Source of the DNA: Octopus sinensis
Lineage: Eukaryota
Reading direction: 5' to 3'
Assembly: GCF_006345805.1 (NCBI RefSeq)
Contig: NC_042998.1
Span: forward strand, 9,610,001 to 9,674,000
Length of the DNA stretch: 64,000 nt
Shown here: positions 12,773-25,114 of the stretch, piece after piece
Numbering within the stretch: the stretch's first letter is position 1
Layout of the letters: each line of letters starts with the position of its first letter
Notes under the pieces: generated by a model
Databases searched by the model: none
Told to the model about the DNA's origin: nothing
Seen by the model: only the letters and a program-made list of their open reading frames with translations
Position numbers and translations under genes: made by a program

Positions 12773-13269
12773 TACCGTAAATCCTCGAGTATAATCCACA
12801 TTTTCCCCCCAAAATTTAAAGGTCAAAATCCCTAGTGCGTACTATATACGAGGTTAAAAATGAAAATTATTTTCTAAGCAATTTTTTGTCCAGCAATGCT
12901 TATTCACACGCATTTTGTGATGTCGGGTGCGAAAATACCTTAAGCTAAACCTGAAAGCAATGAAGTCATAAAAGAATCATCCGTAACTTGCAGTAAGCAA
13001 CATTTATTAAACATTACTGTTATTTCTTTATTTTCTGCAAACAAAATGCACAAAAAAGCTACACGTTTGCATTGTTATATATACAATAATAATAAAGGAC
13101 GTTATCGTATACATTTTTACAAACCAAGGACATTATATAGACCTCCTTGACTCAAGTTAGAGAAGGGGTGTGTATTATACACAATATTTGGGTTTTTCAG
13201 AGGTACAGCCCCCTAAAAATCCCCTGCATATCATACTCAAGGGTGGACTATACTTGAGGATTTACGGTA
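12773..13269. mobile_element. Tc1/pogo-type MITE
   Basis: TA|CCGTAAATCCTCGAGTATAATCCAC ... GTGGACTATACTTGAGGATTTACGG|TA: 25-bp TIRs (2 mismatches) with TA duplication. Confidence 0.85.
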
Positions 13270-14262
13270 CTTGCAGTAAAATATTTATATGCCTGAGTGA
13301 GTATCTTTAGAATCTCTTCTAAATTTGGAGAATAAGAGAAAGAAAAATTAATTTTATGCATATTTTTTTCAGTTGGACCATCATAAATCTTCAGATTTTT
13401 ATGCTTTAAAAACAGATTTTTGAAACAGTTCATATTATATGGCAGTATGCAGTTGCACTCTACCAATACCACCAAGTATAAGGCCAGTAATTTTAGGGGA
13501 AGGGGTAAGTCAGTTACATTGACCTCAGTGCTCAACTAGTACTTATTTTTTGACCTTGAAAGGTAAAGTCAATCTTTGCAGGATTTGAGCTCAGAATGCA
13601 TAGGGCTAGGGAAAATGCCACTAAGCATTTTATCTGATGTACTAGGAATTCTGCCAGCTCACTGTCTTACCATCAGCATCCTCGTTTAATGTCCACTTTC
13701 TATGTTGGCATGGAGTGAACAGTTTAAAAGGATCTTGTGAGCTGCAGGGCTACATTGGTCTACAAAGTCAGCTTTAGCATGGTTTCTATAGCTGGATGCC
13801 CTTCCTAATGTCAACTACTTTACAGAGTATACTGGGTGCTTTTTCCATGCTACCAGCCCTTGAGAGGTTGCTGAGTAACTTGCAGGGCAGAGGAAAAGGG
13901 AAAAACTCCCACTAAATAGGGAATATTTGAGAGAGGAAGATGAAAATTATACATGTATTAGAATATACCAGAAGACACAAAGTGCTTATCAATTGAAATT
14001 GAATGGCATTTCTTCTCAGTAGATTTCCAGTTACATTATTTCAATTGATGAATACTTTGCAGTTGCCTTCTGTTATATTCTAATAAATGTATTATTTTTC
14101 ACCAAACAACTTGTAGCTGTCCTACTGCTAAACTTGGCATGTTAATAGTATGTTTGGCTATTAATATATTACCAAGGTCATATCAGCCTCTCACAATAGT
14201 AACTTCTGTACAACTGTTTAAGCATTCCATTTCATATGATAGCAGTAGAGTAGTATATAGAG

Positions 14263-14406
14263 AATACCAAACTCATTCCCTATGGATACCGTATTTATTA
14301 CAACTCGTGGCTTGTAAACGTATCTAACTCACTTTCGCTCGTTAGATACGTTTACAAGCCATTCGTTGTAATAAATACGGTATCCATAGGGAATGAGTTT
14401 GGTATT
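14263..14406. repeat. Near-perfect foldback palindrome, 66-bp arms, 12-nt loop
   Basis: 14263-14328 is the reverse complement of 14341-14406, with 3 adjacent mismatches. Confidence 0.95.
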
Positions 14407-14503
14407 TTATTTATTACACACGAATAAACGACCATATTTTATTAACCCAATAACTAAATTCTTCACGTTTAGCTGTAACTTATGAATGACAAAAGTAGTG
14501 CCA

Positions 14504-14606
14504 TCACCGTGACTTCGGGTCATCACCATGGATTGACCAATCAGAAGCAGCGCTGTCACCGTGACCTCGGGTCATCACCATGGATTGACCAATCAGAAGC
14601 AGCGCT
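14504..14606. repeat. 52-bp tandem duplication containing CCAAT boxes
   Basis: TCACCGTGAC(T/C)TCGGGTCATCACCATGGATTGACCAATCAGAAGCAGCGCT twice. Confidence 0.9.
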
Positions 14607-15683
14607 CGCAGTATCTGACATATGTTAGATACCAAAAATATCTCAAAGTGTTCTCACTCACATATGTGTAATAAAATGGTGTCTTAGAAGGTATGTAAAA
14701 CATTTTAATTATGGCAAAAAGAAAATCTGCCCCAACAAATTCTGCCTGACCCATGAAAGCATAGAAAAAGCAAACATTAAATGATGATAATGTAATAAAT
14801 TACATAAAGGGTAATTTACAACAAAAAATATAGTTTCATGAGTTCTGTGGATGTGTGGTTCATTCTAACACAGCACAAATATATGCGCCTGCAGATAAAT
14901 GACTGGTAGACAGAAACTCCAGAAGTTTAGTGCATATATAAATATCCTCATTGTTTTACATCTGCCTTCCTTTTTGGCATAGGTTGGACAGCTGTTAGTC
15001 CATGTCAGTTCTAATTCCTTCTGTCAATTACCATCCTTCTACTTATATTCGAGAGACCATATTTCAATCATATGTTTTATTTTTGCATGTATTCTCCAGC
15101 TAGATGTCCTTCTTGATACAAGCACTTTATAGGGTACACTGGGTGCATTTTATCATGGCAAAATAGAAGAGAGACTGTTATGGCCTCAACAAGACAAGAT
15201 TAAAGAGTCCACCTGACTGTTTTCTCTCCTCTCTTGCCAATGACTTTATATAGAGAGTACTGGATGCATTTTATCACAGCACCGGCACTAGTGAGGTTGC
15301 CTTGTACTGCACAAGTCAATAGATCTTTACTGCTCTACATAGTCTGTTTGTTCAGGGCAGCATGATCAACAGAATAGAAGAGAGAGTGGTGGTAGAACAG
15401 GAGTGAGAGTGAGAAAAAAGAGAGTATGGAGAGGGAGATAGTGAACTGATCCAATGCACACCTTTGTTAGTCATACACTGTGATAGGAGGAAGAGTGACT
15501 GTAGGGTGGGGATTGAGTTTAGATAGTTCTAATGTATTTCTTCATTATACAGATGGTATGGTGCCATGAAGTAGGGGAGTAGACAGTAGAGAGATGAGAA
15601 GGTATTAAATAGACAAGAAGGGCAGCAGAAACAGACTTAGCAAGTTCAAAAAGGGCAAAATGTTCATATATATATATATATAT

Positions 15684-15922
15684 CATCATCATCATCGTCG
15701 TTTAGCGTCTGCTTTCCATGCTGGCATGGGTTGGACGGTTCAACTGGGGTCTGGGAAGCCAGAAGGCTGCACCAGGCCCAGTCTGATCTGGCAATGTTTC
15801 TATGGCTGGATGTCCTTCCTAACGCCAACCACTCCATGAGTGTAGTGGGTGCTTTTTACGTGCCACTGGCACAGGTGTCAGACGAGGCTGGCAAACGGCC
15901 ACGATCGGATGGTGCTTTTTAC
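15684..15922 (-). mobile_element. RTE 3'-end copy
   Basis: (ATC)n then the reverse complement of the RTE tail; abuts (TA)n. Confidence 0.8.
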
Positions 15923-16400
15923 GTAAAGAAAATCTAGATGACAAAATCCAACAACATGTGCTGTCACTGTCTCCACTAACAAACATTGGAGATTTTCTTT
16001 AACACTTTGCTTATATTACTGTTGAAATACACAACAGAAAAGGAACATACAGCACACACATTCATCCATATGAAACACACCATTACCACATGCATACATA
16101 TGTAAAACAAACATCAGCACATCCATACTATAGATATACAACAAACTCCACTACACGCACACACACACACACACAGAACACACACAGAACACACTGATTT
16201 CACTTATAGTCTAACAGATTATAAAGTCTCTCTCTCTCTCTCTCCTAACTTACATATATATATAAGGTATACCCAGTGCAAGCTATGGACACATAAGAGG
16301 TGCAGTAATATCAAAGGAAGGCTAATGGGGAAGATAGTTTTTATATGTGGCAGATGCTTGGGAGCAATAAACACTGAAAATGCACAGAGAACAACTTCCG

Positions 16401-17683
16401 CCACATTCTAGGGAGGAAAACTAGAAGTAGTTGATAGCTTCCGTTACCTAGGTGACCAAATCAGTAGCGGAGGAGGGTGCGCTGAAAGTGTAGCTGCTAG
16501 AATAAGAATAGCCTGGGCAAAGTTCAGAGAGCTCTTACCTCTGCTGGTGACAAAGAGCCTCTCACTCGGAGTAAAAGGTAGACTGTATGACGCATGTGTA
16601 CGAACAGCCATGCTACATGGCAGTGAAACATGGGTCGTGACTGCTGAGGAGATACGTAAGCTCGCAAGGAATGAAGCCAGTATGATCGATGGATGTGTAA
16701 TGTCAATGTGCATATTCGACATAGTGTAAAGTACCTTGAGAGAAATGTTGTACTTAAGAAGCATCAGTTGTGGTGTGCAAGAGAGACGACTGTGCTGGTA
16801 TGGTCATGTGGCAAGAATGGATGAGGACAATTGTGTGAAAAAGTGCAGGTTCACAGGTTCCCTCAACCTAGCGGTTGAGGGAACCTGTGAAGGAGGTAGA
16901 CCCAGGAAGACCTGGGATGAAGTGGTGAAGCACGACCTTCGAACTTTAGGCCTCACCAAGGAAATGACTAGTGACCGGGACTTTTGGAAATATGCCGTGC
17001 GTGAGAAGACCCGGCAAGCCAAATGAGACTATAATCTCGTGGCCTATGCCAGGGGCGTAACCAGCCCACTTATGCGTACCTTTTCCTTCTTTGGACACTA
17101 AAACTCTGCTTGCGAAGACCTGTTGAGGCAAGTGAAATCAAAATCAAAATCAAAATCAAATTCGATGACTGGCGTCCGTGCTAGCAGGGTGCAAAGAGCA
17201 CCATACGAATGTGATCATTGACAGAGCGGCTAACTGACTTCCGTGCCAGTGGCACATAAAAAGGCACCATTCGAGTGTGATTGTTACCAGCGTCGCCTTA
17301 CTGGCACTCGAGCCCTGTGCTAGTAAGGTATTAAGAGCACCATCCGAGCGTGATCATTGCTGGAGCGGCTATCTGGCCTTCGTGCCGGTGGCACGTAAAA
17401 GACACCATTCAAGCGTGATCGTTACCAGCATCGCCTTACTGGCACCTGTACCGGTGGCATATGTAAAAGATTCGAGCGAGGACGTTGCCAGTACTGTCTG
17501 ACTGGCCGTGTACCAGTGGCATGTAAAAAGCACCCACTACACGCATTAGGAAGGGCATCCAGCTGTAGAAACTCTGCCAGATCAAGATTGAAGCCTGGTG
17601 CAGCCATCTGGTTCACCAGCCCTCAGTCAATCGTCCAACCCATGCTAGCATGGAAAGCGGACGTTAAACGATGATGATGATGA
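16401..17683 (+). mobile_element. 5'-truncated RTE-clade LINE (RT C-terminus, modular 3' UTR, (GAT)n tail)
   Basis: LEVVDSFRYLGDQI...LHGSETW...RRLCWYGHVARM...GRPRKTW are RTE ORF C-terminal motifs. Frameshifts near 16690-16735; stop at 17024-17026; then the UTR and tail. Confidence 0.92.
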
Positions 17684-17711
17684 TATATATATATATATAT
17701 ATATATAAATA

Positions 17712-18118
17712 TACTCTTATTTTACTCTTTTACTTGTTTCAGTCATTTGACTGCGGCCATGCTGGAGCACCGCCTTTAGTCGAGCAACTCGACCCCGGGA
17801 CTTATTCTTTTTGTAAGACCAGTACTTATTCTATCGGTCTCTTTTTGCCGAACCGCTAAGTGACGGGGACGTAAACACACCAGCATCGGTTATCAAGCAA
17901 TGCTAGGGAAACAAACACAGACACACAAATACACACACATACATATATATATATACATATATACGACAGGCTTCTTTCAGTTTCCGTCTACCAAATCCTC
18001 ACAAGCATTGGTCGGCCTGGGGCTATAGCAGAAGACACTTGCCCAAGATGCCACGCAGTGGGACTGAACCCGGAACCATGTGGTTGGTTAGCAAGCTACT
18101 TACCACACAGCCACTCCT
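17712..18118 (-). mobile_element. SINE family 1
   Basis: Family match. Confidence 0.85.
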
Positions 18119-18124
18119 CGCTGC

Positions 18125-18411
<287 letters not shown>

Positions 18412-18429
18412 GCCTGGCCCCATCTTCAT

Positions 18430-19892
18430 TTGAACATGTTTCACTATGTTAGTAAGTCTTCTTCTGCAGCACTGTGTGTTACCCAATCATTGCTTCATCT
18501 CATGTCTCACTAGGTCACCCTCTTCTATCACCTTTCAGTGCTCTGTACTTCTCTTATACAGTTGTCATCCTTCTTATACACCACATATCCCTACCAATGC
18601 TTGTGCATCACATGGCACCTCTTTTTTTTTCCAGTTTTTCTCTCAGCTCATTTGTACTCCATCATTTATGCACACTACCATTACACATCCAGCAGAACAA
18701 GCTCACTTTATTTTTCTCGTCTTTCGAAATCCTCTGCATTCAGGACCCATGTCTTCTCTCGTGCAACATCACACTTCATACCCAAGCATCATACAATCTG
18801 TCTTTAGAAACCCTTTGTAACCAGCAGAGCTAATAGTTCCCTGAATGTTTTCTGGCTACTGTACTTTTGAAACGCTCAACTCTACTACAAATTAAGTCAC
18901 CTAGGTAACAGAAATTTTTAACTACTTCAAAGAGATCTGGACATTTGCATACTTAACATGCTTATTTCCCCAGTATATCTGCTGCATACAAAGTTCTCCA
19001 TTCATTCGCCTATATCTCTACTACACCTCTTGTGCAAACATTCTTTACATTGAGTACACTGCACAGATTCCTACTAAATCTTTTCTGCACATTCTGCACA
19101 CAAGCACAAATATTTTCTTGACAGTAGCTGAGTTCTGGTTGTCTTTTGTTTCCATTTACAAACATTTTTGTCTTTCCTAAGTTTACTTTAAAGTCTTTCA
19201 ATTCCATACTTTGCTCTCATGTCTCGAATTCCTTATCCAAATCTTCTACAGATTTTTCTACAAAAACTAAGTCATTGGCATACAGGAGTTATGAACTGCT
19301 AGTCTTAAAACTTGTCTGTTACGACTTAGAGGAATATGACAGACAGGAGGAGGTTAAGAGCTATGCTTTCATGGACTCTTACCTGCAAGCCAAATTTACT
19401 ATTGAATTAATCAATTTCTGATTCTCACCTTGCTGATTGTACTTCCATACATGGCTAGTAAAACCCTCACAAGCCCTCTACCTCTAAGCAACCGCCAAAT
19501 CGCAGGGCAAAGGATCCTATCAAAGGCCTTTTCCAGGCCAATAAAGGCTAAGTATAGGAGAATACTTCTAGTTAATTGCTTCTCCAGCATGAGAACATGT
19601 CATCAACAGAAGTTCTTCCAGGCAGAAAACCAAATTGCATTTCATTCAGACTAATGTCTGTAATGAATTTTGCAATAACTCTTTACTCTTTTACTTGTTT
19701 CAGTCATTTGACTGCGGCCATGCTGGAGCACCGCCTTTAGTCGATCAAATCGACCCCAGGACTTATTCTTTGTAAGCCCAGTACTTATTCTATCGGTCTC
19801 TTTTGCTGAACCGCTAGGTGACGGGGACGTAAACACACCAGCATCGGTTGTCAAGCAATGCTAGGGGGACAAACACAGACACACAAACATAT

Positions 19893-19923
<31 letters not shown>

Positions 19924-20390
19924 CATATATACGACAGGCTTCTTTCAGTTTCCGTCTACCAAATCCACTCACAAGGCATTGGTCGGCCCGGGGCTATAGT
20001 AGAAGACACTTGCCCAAGATGCCACGCAGTGGGACTGAACCCGGAACCATGTGGTTGGTTAGCAAGCTACTTACCACACAGCCACTCCTGCGCCTAACTC
20101 TTTCTGAAATTTTCAAAACCTGGTTCAACAACTTGATACTTCTGTAGTAGCCTTTCTTTAGTGCACATCACTGGCCTTTGTAGCAGTTTCTAATAATACT
20201 ACTTTGGCAGTGATTGTCTATGACATCTTCCTGTATCACCTGATTGACTCTCCCGGAGAGTCTGTGCTCTACTTCATTTATCTCAACAACTATTATTCAT
20301 AAACTTGCTGCTTTAACGACTTCATATCCTTTAATCACTCCATTTACTGTACTGCTGTCAACATGAATGGCTAGTCCTTCTGAGTAAAGC
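18430..20390 (-). mobile_element. Old degenerate RTE-like LINE, interrupted by a SINE
   Basis: Minus-strand remnants resembling AFIGLEKAFD (~19520-19560) and W.GHV...RGDL..TW (~18480-18620); many stops. Confidence 0.5.
19681..20095 (-). mobile_element. SINE family 1
   Basis: Family match. Confidence 0.88.
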
Positions 20391-20398
20391 ACGCATGT

Positions 20399-20810
20399 AG
20401 GAGTGGCTGTGTGGTAAGTAGCTTGTTTACCAACCACATGGTTCCGGGTTCAGTCCCACTGCGTGGCACCTTGGGCAAGTGTCTTCTGCTATAGCCTCAG
20501 GCTGACCAAAGCCTTGTGAGTGGATTTGGTAGACGGAAACTGAAAGAAGCCTGTCATATAAATGTATATATATATGTATATGTATGTGTGTGTGTGTATT
20601 TGTGTGTCTATGTTTGTCCCCCTAGCATTGCTTGACAACCGATGCTGGTGTGTTTATGTCCCCATCACTTAGCGGTTCGGCAAAAGAGACCGATAGAATA
20701 AGTACTGGGCTTACAAAAGAATAAGTCCTGGGGTCGAGTTGCTCGATTAAAGGCGGTGCTCCAGCATGGCCGCAGTCAAATGACTGAAACAAGTAAAAGA
20801 GTAAAGAGTA
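20399..20810 (+). mobile_element. SINE family 1
   Basis: Family match; inverted relative to 19681-20095. Confidence 0.88.
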
Positions 20811-20962
20811 TGCACACACATGCTCACATGTGTGTGCATGCATGCACACACACACACACAAACACACTCTTACTCATTCACTCACTCATGCACTCTTCAC
20901 ACTCAACAGCTTCTTGTAGACCACATCTCTTTCTTTTCAGTGTCAATAAAAGATGTGTGTGA

Positions 20963-21440
20963 AGGCAGCAAGCTGGCAGAAACGTTAGCACGCCGGGCGA
21001 AACGCTTAGCAGTATTTTGTCTGCCGTTATGTTTTGAGTTCAAATTCCGCCGAGGTTGACTTTGCCTTTCATCCTTTCAGGGTCGATTAAATAAGTACCT
21101 ATTTCTTTACTAGCCACAAGGGGCTAATCACAGAGAGGACAAACAAGGACAGACAAACGGATTAAGCCGATTACATCGACCCCAGTGCGTAACTGGTACT
21201 TATTTTATCGACCCCGAAGGGATGAAAGGCAAAGTCGACCTCGGCGGAATTTGAACTCAGAACGTAATGGCAGACGAAATACGGCCACGCATTTCGCCCG
21301 GCATGCTAACGTTTCTGCCAGTTCGCCTTGATTAAATAAGTACCCCTTATGCACTGGGGTCAATGTAATCGACTTAATCCCTTTGTCTGTCCTTGTTTGT
21401 CCCCTCTCTGTTTAGCCCCCTGTGGGCAATAAAGAAATAA
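20963..21440 (+). mobile_element. SINE family 3 (Deu/Nin-domain-like) with an antiparallel family 3 copy nested at 21100-21329
   Basis: Head AGGCAGCAAGCTGGCAGAAACGTTAG, B-box-like GAGTTCAAATTCC, core GCCTTTCATCCTTTC.GGGTCGAT. The inner copy is flanked by a perfect 15-bp TSD GATTAAATAAGTACC (21085-21099, 21330-21344). Confidence 0.9.
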
Positions 21441-22316
21441 ATAAGAGACGTGTGTCATCATTCTACACAAACATCTTTCCAACTACACCTTAATTCTCTC
21501 TAATACACCACCCAGCAATCCAAAACACTTATGGCCTCTGATCCTCAGATCACAGAACACAAGCAAACTGCTTTCTTTTTGCATCTCTCTCTGGTAAATA
21601 TGCATTACAGCTAACTTCTTTTCTGGCCAGTTCATATTTTCTCTGCTACCCACATTTCCTCAAGTCTTTCCCAACTTGTCTCTTAGCTCTTATGGGTCTT
21701 TCTACAAAAAAATGTGTGTGTGCATGTGTGAGAGAGAGAGAGAGAGAGAATCTGCTTATGTGTCTGACATAATACCACCAGTTGAAAACCTGGGCTATTA
21801 TCAAAAAAGTAACTTAGCTACTGAATAAGATGTACATCATTGAAATTAAGCACCACACTTAAATAAGCATTGGGGCCAGTATGATCCTTTTAAAGCAGAA
21901 TTTTATTGGTTTAATGGATTTCAGCCATGATGATGCCCCATCACAGTCGCAGTCCAATGACTAAAACCAACAAATAAATTTCGTTCTTTTCATCTTAATC
22001 AAGGATAATTTATAACGCTACATGGATGGGATACCGAACGGACAAGATGCTGAACAGATAAGATGCCGAAAAGACATACGAAAATCAAAATATATGATAA
22101 ACATTTTATTCCTATAATATGACCATTTGACCTACTAAAATGGTCAGTAAACTATGTAGGTAGGAATACTTTAATTTTTTTATTATTGTGTCCGTTCATG
22201 TCCGTTTGGGATTGTGTCTGTTCGGCTTCTTGTCCTTTGGCAAAAATGCATTCAGCACCGTCCTGTCCGCACACAGTTATAATAGCCAAATTTTGCTGGT
22301 AAAGAGTGTTACTTAC

Positions 22317-22509
22317 CTCAGCTCTTGGACTCCAGAGACGTACCACAGGGTCTATACCACTGGTGGCCAAAAGGCAGTAAGTAGGGTGTGGCTGTAAACA
22401 GTTAACAATTGACTCATCTCCATGTAGCACCCGTACGATGTTGGTTGTACTTTTCTCCCAAATAAAAAATGAACCATCGTCGGATCCAGCAACAATGTAT
22501 TGACCATTA
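22317..22509 (-). CDS. WDTC1: WDTC1 exon (C-terminal WD40)
   Basis: ttccag|T AAT GGT CAA...GAG|gtaagt. Encodes NGQYIVAGSDDGSFFIWEKSTTNIVRVLHGDESIVNCLQPHPTYCLLATSGIDPVVRLWSPRAE. Confidence 0.96.
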
Positions 22510-22979
22510 CTGGAAAAGAAAATTAATTGTTTTCAGTCCTAATACCAAAGAAATCTCAGTGAGAATATATAAACATGTGATAATATACAAAAATAATTGC
22601 TATAATTCAATATCAACACTGCCAAGAAATGAGCAAGGAAGGAATTCAATCTGATCGAGCAGAGTTTCTACAGCTGGATGCCCTTCCTAACACCAACCAC
22701 TCCGAGAGTGTAGTGGGTGATTTTACGTGCTGACAATTACTGTAGTGGTAGAAAAGCAAAATATAAGAGACAGCACACCTGTAAGCAGAAGGCTGGAGCA
22801 TCAGTGAATGGCTTTTGAAATACACACACACAGTGAATAGAATTTTTAAAAATTCTCTCCTGAAAGGTAAACCACTACAACAATAACAATTTTTGGCTTT
22901 TCTGCAACCTCCACTAGGAAGGTCTGCAAAAGCTACAGAAAATACTCTATGACCATTTGTAAGATTTCATACAACTTAC

Positions 22980-23148
22980 CTTCCGAAAAAATTAGCTTCT
23001 TTAATATCAGTGGTTGTATTACAGTGTCCACAGAACCTCATCTCATAATCATAAGCATCTCTTCGCCATATTTTCTCCTGTTCAGATATTGCCATAGCCT
23101 TTTTGCGAGAGGATAGTTCACTTTCACTCTTCCCTGACTCGGCTTCAT
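22980..23148 (-). CDS. WDTC1: WDTC1 exon
   Basis: ttctag|AT GAA...GGA AG|gtaagt. Encodes YDYEMRFCGHCNTTTDIKEANFFG. Confidence 0.96.
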
Positions 23149-23423
23149 CTAGAAAAGATAAATTACATGAATAGAGACCATGAGACAGCTTGAAATACAA
23201 CTGCTTGTAAAAAAAGTTGATCAGATGTAATAACCGAGATTAACATATAAATATGAGGTAATACAGCAAATGCCTCGTGATTATATGTTATAACTTTTCA
23301 AATCCACTGCGCAAGTACAGTTTTTTGTCAGCAGAAAATAAAAATAATGCTGGCATTTCTTCGAAAATTTGCCAAAAATTATCAATAATTAACAAATTAT
23401 TAATTATTTATTAATTATTAATT

Positions 23424-23454
<31 letters not shown>

Positions 23455-23469
23455 CATATATATATACAT

Positions 23470-24317
23470 ATATATATATTGCATTTTTTTCCTTAACCCC
23501 CCCCTCTTTGTACACACACGCACACACATACACACACCCACTCACACACACATTTGCATATATATATACATTACACTTACACACACTTCAAATTTACTTG
23601 CCATACACACAACTACGCACACTGGACGCACACACACTACCACTCAACACACACACACTACCACTCAACACACACACTGGCATGTTACATAGCCCCCACC
23701 CTTTCCCTCCTTCCTCCCTTTTTTTTTACCACTGACCACTCACTCAAGACTTGCTATGTCATCCGTTCGCCCTGCACGCACTAACATATACATATTTTTT
23801 GTTTTTTTATCGCGCCTCACACACACATACACACACGCACACTCTCACACATACATACACACGCACACACACATACCTCCCTGTTTCTGATCTGCCTTTC
23901 TGACTTGCTAGGGTACCCCCACACATTCCTTTAATTTTACTACTGCCTGCTACTAGCCACTGTCCACCATACACACACATACACACACACGCACACACTC
24001 ACACACACACCCTCGTCATCTCGCACACCTTTTTTACCATTCCCTCTTTGATTCAGCTCTCCTGTTTTTAAAAAACATTTTCCTCCTTTTTTACTACTTC
24101 CGTCTTTTTAGTATGTGACCTCGTGAAGACTACCTGCAATTTTTTTTTTCCTCTGTCCTCCCGTCTCGGGATCTTTCTTTCTCCTATGTTTCCGACGAAG
24201 AGCTCCGCTCGAAACGTCATACCCTCCTTCTTCCATTTTCCTGAGCGCCTAATAATAATAATACTGTAATTGTTCCACGTGTTGTTGTTTTTTCTGTTTT
24301 CCCGTTTGGATTAACCT
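23470..24317 (+). mobile_element. Probable Penelope-like element remnant (CA/C-rich) with a minimal hammerhead motif at 24188-24222
   Basis: GTTTCCGACGAAGAGCTCCGCTCGAAACGTCATAC resembles PLE-associated minimal hammerheads. No RT or GIY-YIG coding sequence recognised. Confidence 0.5.
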
Positions 24318-24654
24318 ATCATCATCATCATCATCATCATCATTTAACGTCCGCTTTCCATGCTAGCATGGGTTGGACGGTTCAACTGGGGTCTGGGGAG
24401 CCCAAAGGCTGCACCAGGCCAGTCAGATCTGGCAGTGTTTCTACAGCTGGATGCCCTTCCTAACACCAACCACTCCGAGAGTGTAGTGGGTGATTTTATG
24501 TGCCACCGACACAGGTGCCAGACGAGGCTGGCGAACGGCCACGCTCGGATGGTGTTTTTATGTGCCACCGACACAGGTGCCAGACGAGGCTGGCGAACGG
24601 CCACGCTCGGATGGTGTTTTTATGTGCCACCGACACAGGTGCCAGACGAGGCTG
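24318..24654 (-). mobile_element. RTE 3'-end copy with 2.6 tandem 62-bp modules (24494-24654)
   Basis: (ATC)n tail; TTTTATGTGCCACCGACACAGGTGCCAGACGAGGCTGGCGAACGGCCACGCTCGGATGGTGT repeated with period 62. Confidence 0.88.
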
Positions 24655-25114
24655 ACGTGTGTGTATATGTGTGTATGTATAATTAATAATTAATAAATAA
24701 TTAATAATTTGTTAATTATTGATAATTTTTGGCAAATTTTCGAAGAAATATATATATATATATATATATATATCCACACACACACATACAGTGTGCTATA
24801 GAATGCTAAAATAAGTGTGGTATAAGAAGTCATCTATAAGAACAATCTTTTGTCAAGTGTGTATATAAATAAAAAGAAAGTCAGATAAATAAAAGCAGGC
24901 ACAAGGAGTGTATTCTCATGGGAAGCCACAAACACAAATACATGAATGATGTAACCAAGTCTTATTTTACAGCTGATTTAGATAAACAATCACTGGAGCC
25001 AAAACCATGTACAGTAACCTCTTGACAATCGTGTTACATTCCAAAACTGCCCCACAACAGGTAAAAATCTGTCAAGTAGAAACAGTACTGTACTGTATGT
25101 TTTTTTACTATTCT

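Noticed and set aside
14504-14606. CRISPR-like direct repeats (also 24494-24654 and 26843-27360)
   Set aside because: Contiguous tandem units without unique spacers, in a eukaryotic intron with no cas genes.
19651-20147. Recurrent short ORFs such as MSSNARGTNTDT... and MTTDAGVFTSP... across the window
   Set aside because: They are translations of SINE family 1 copies, not genes.
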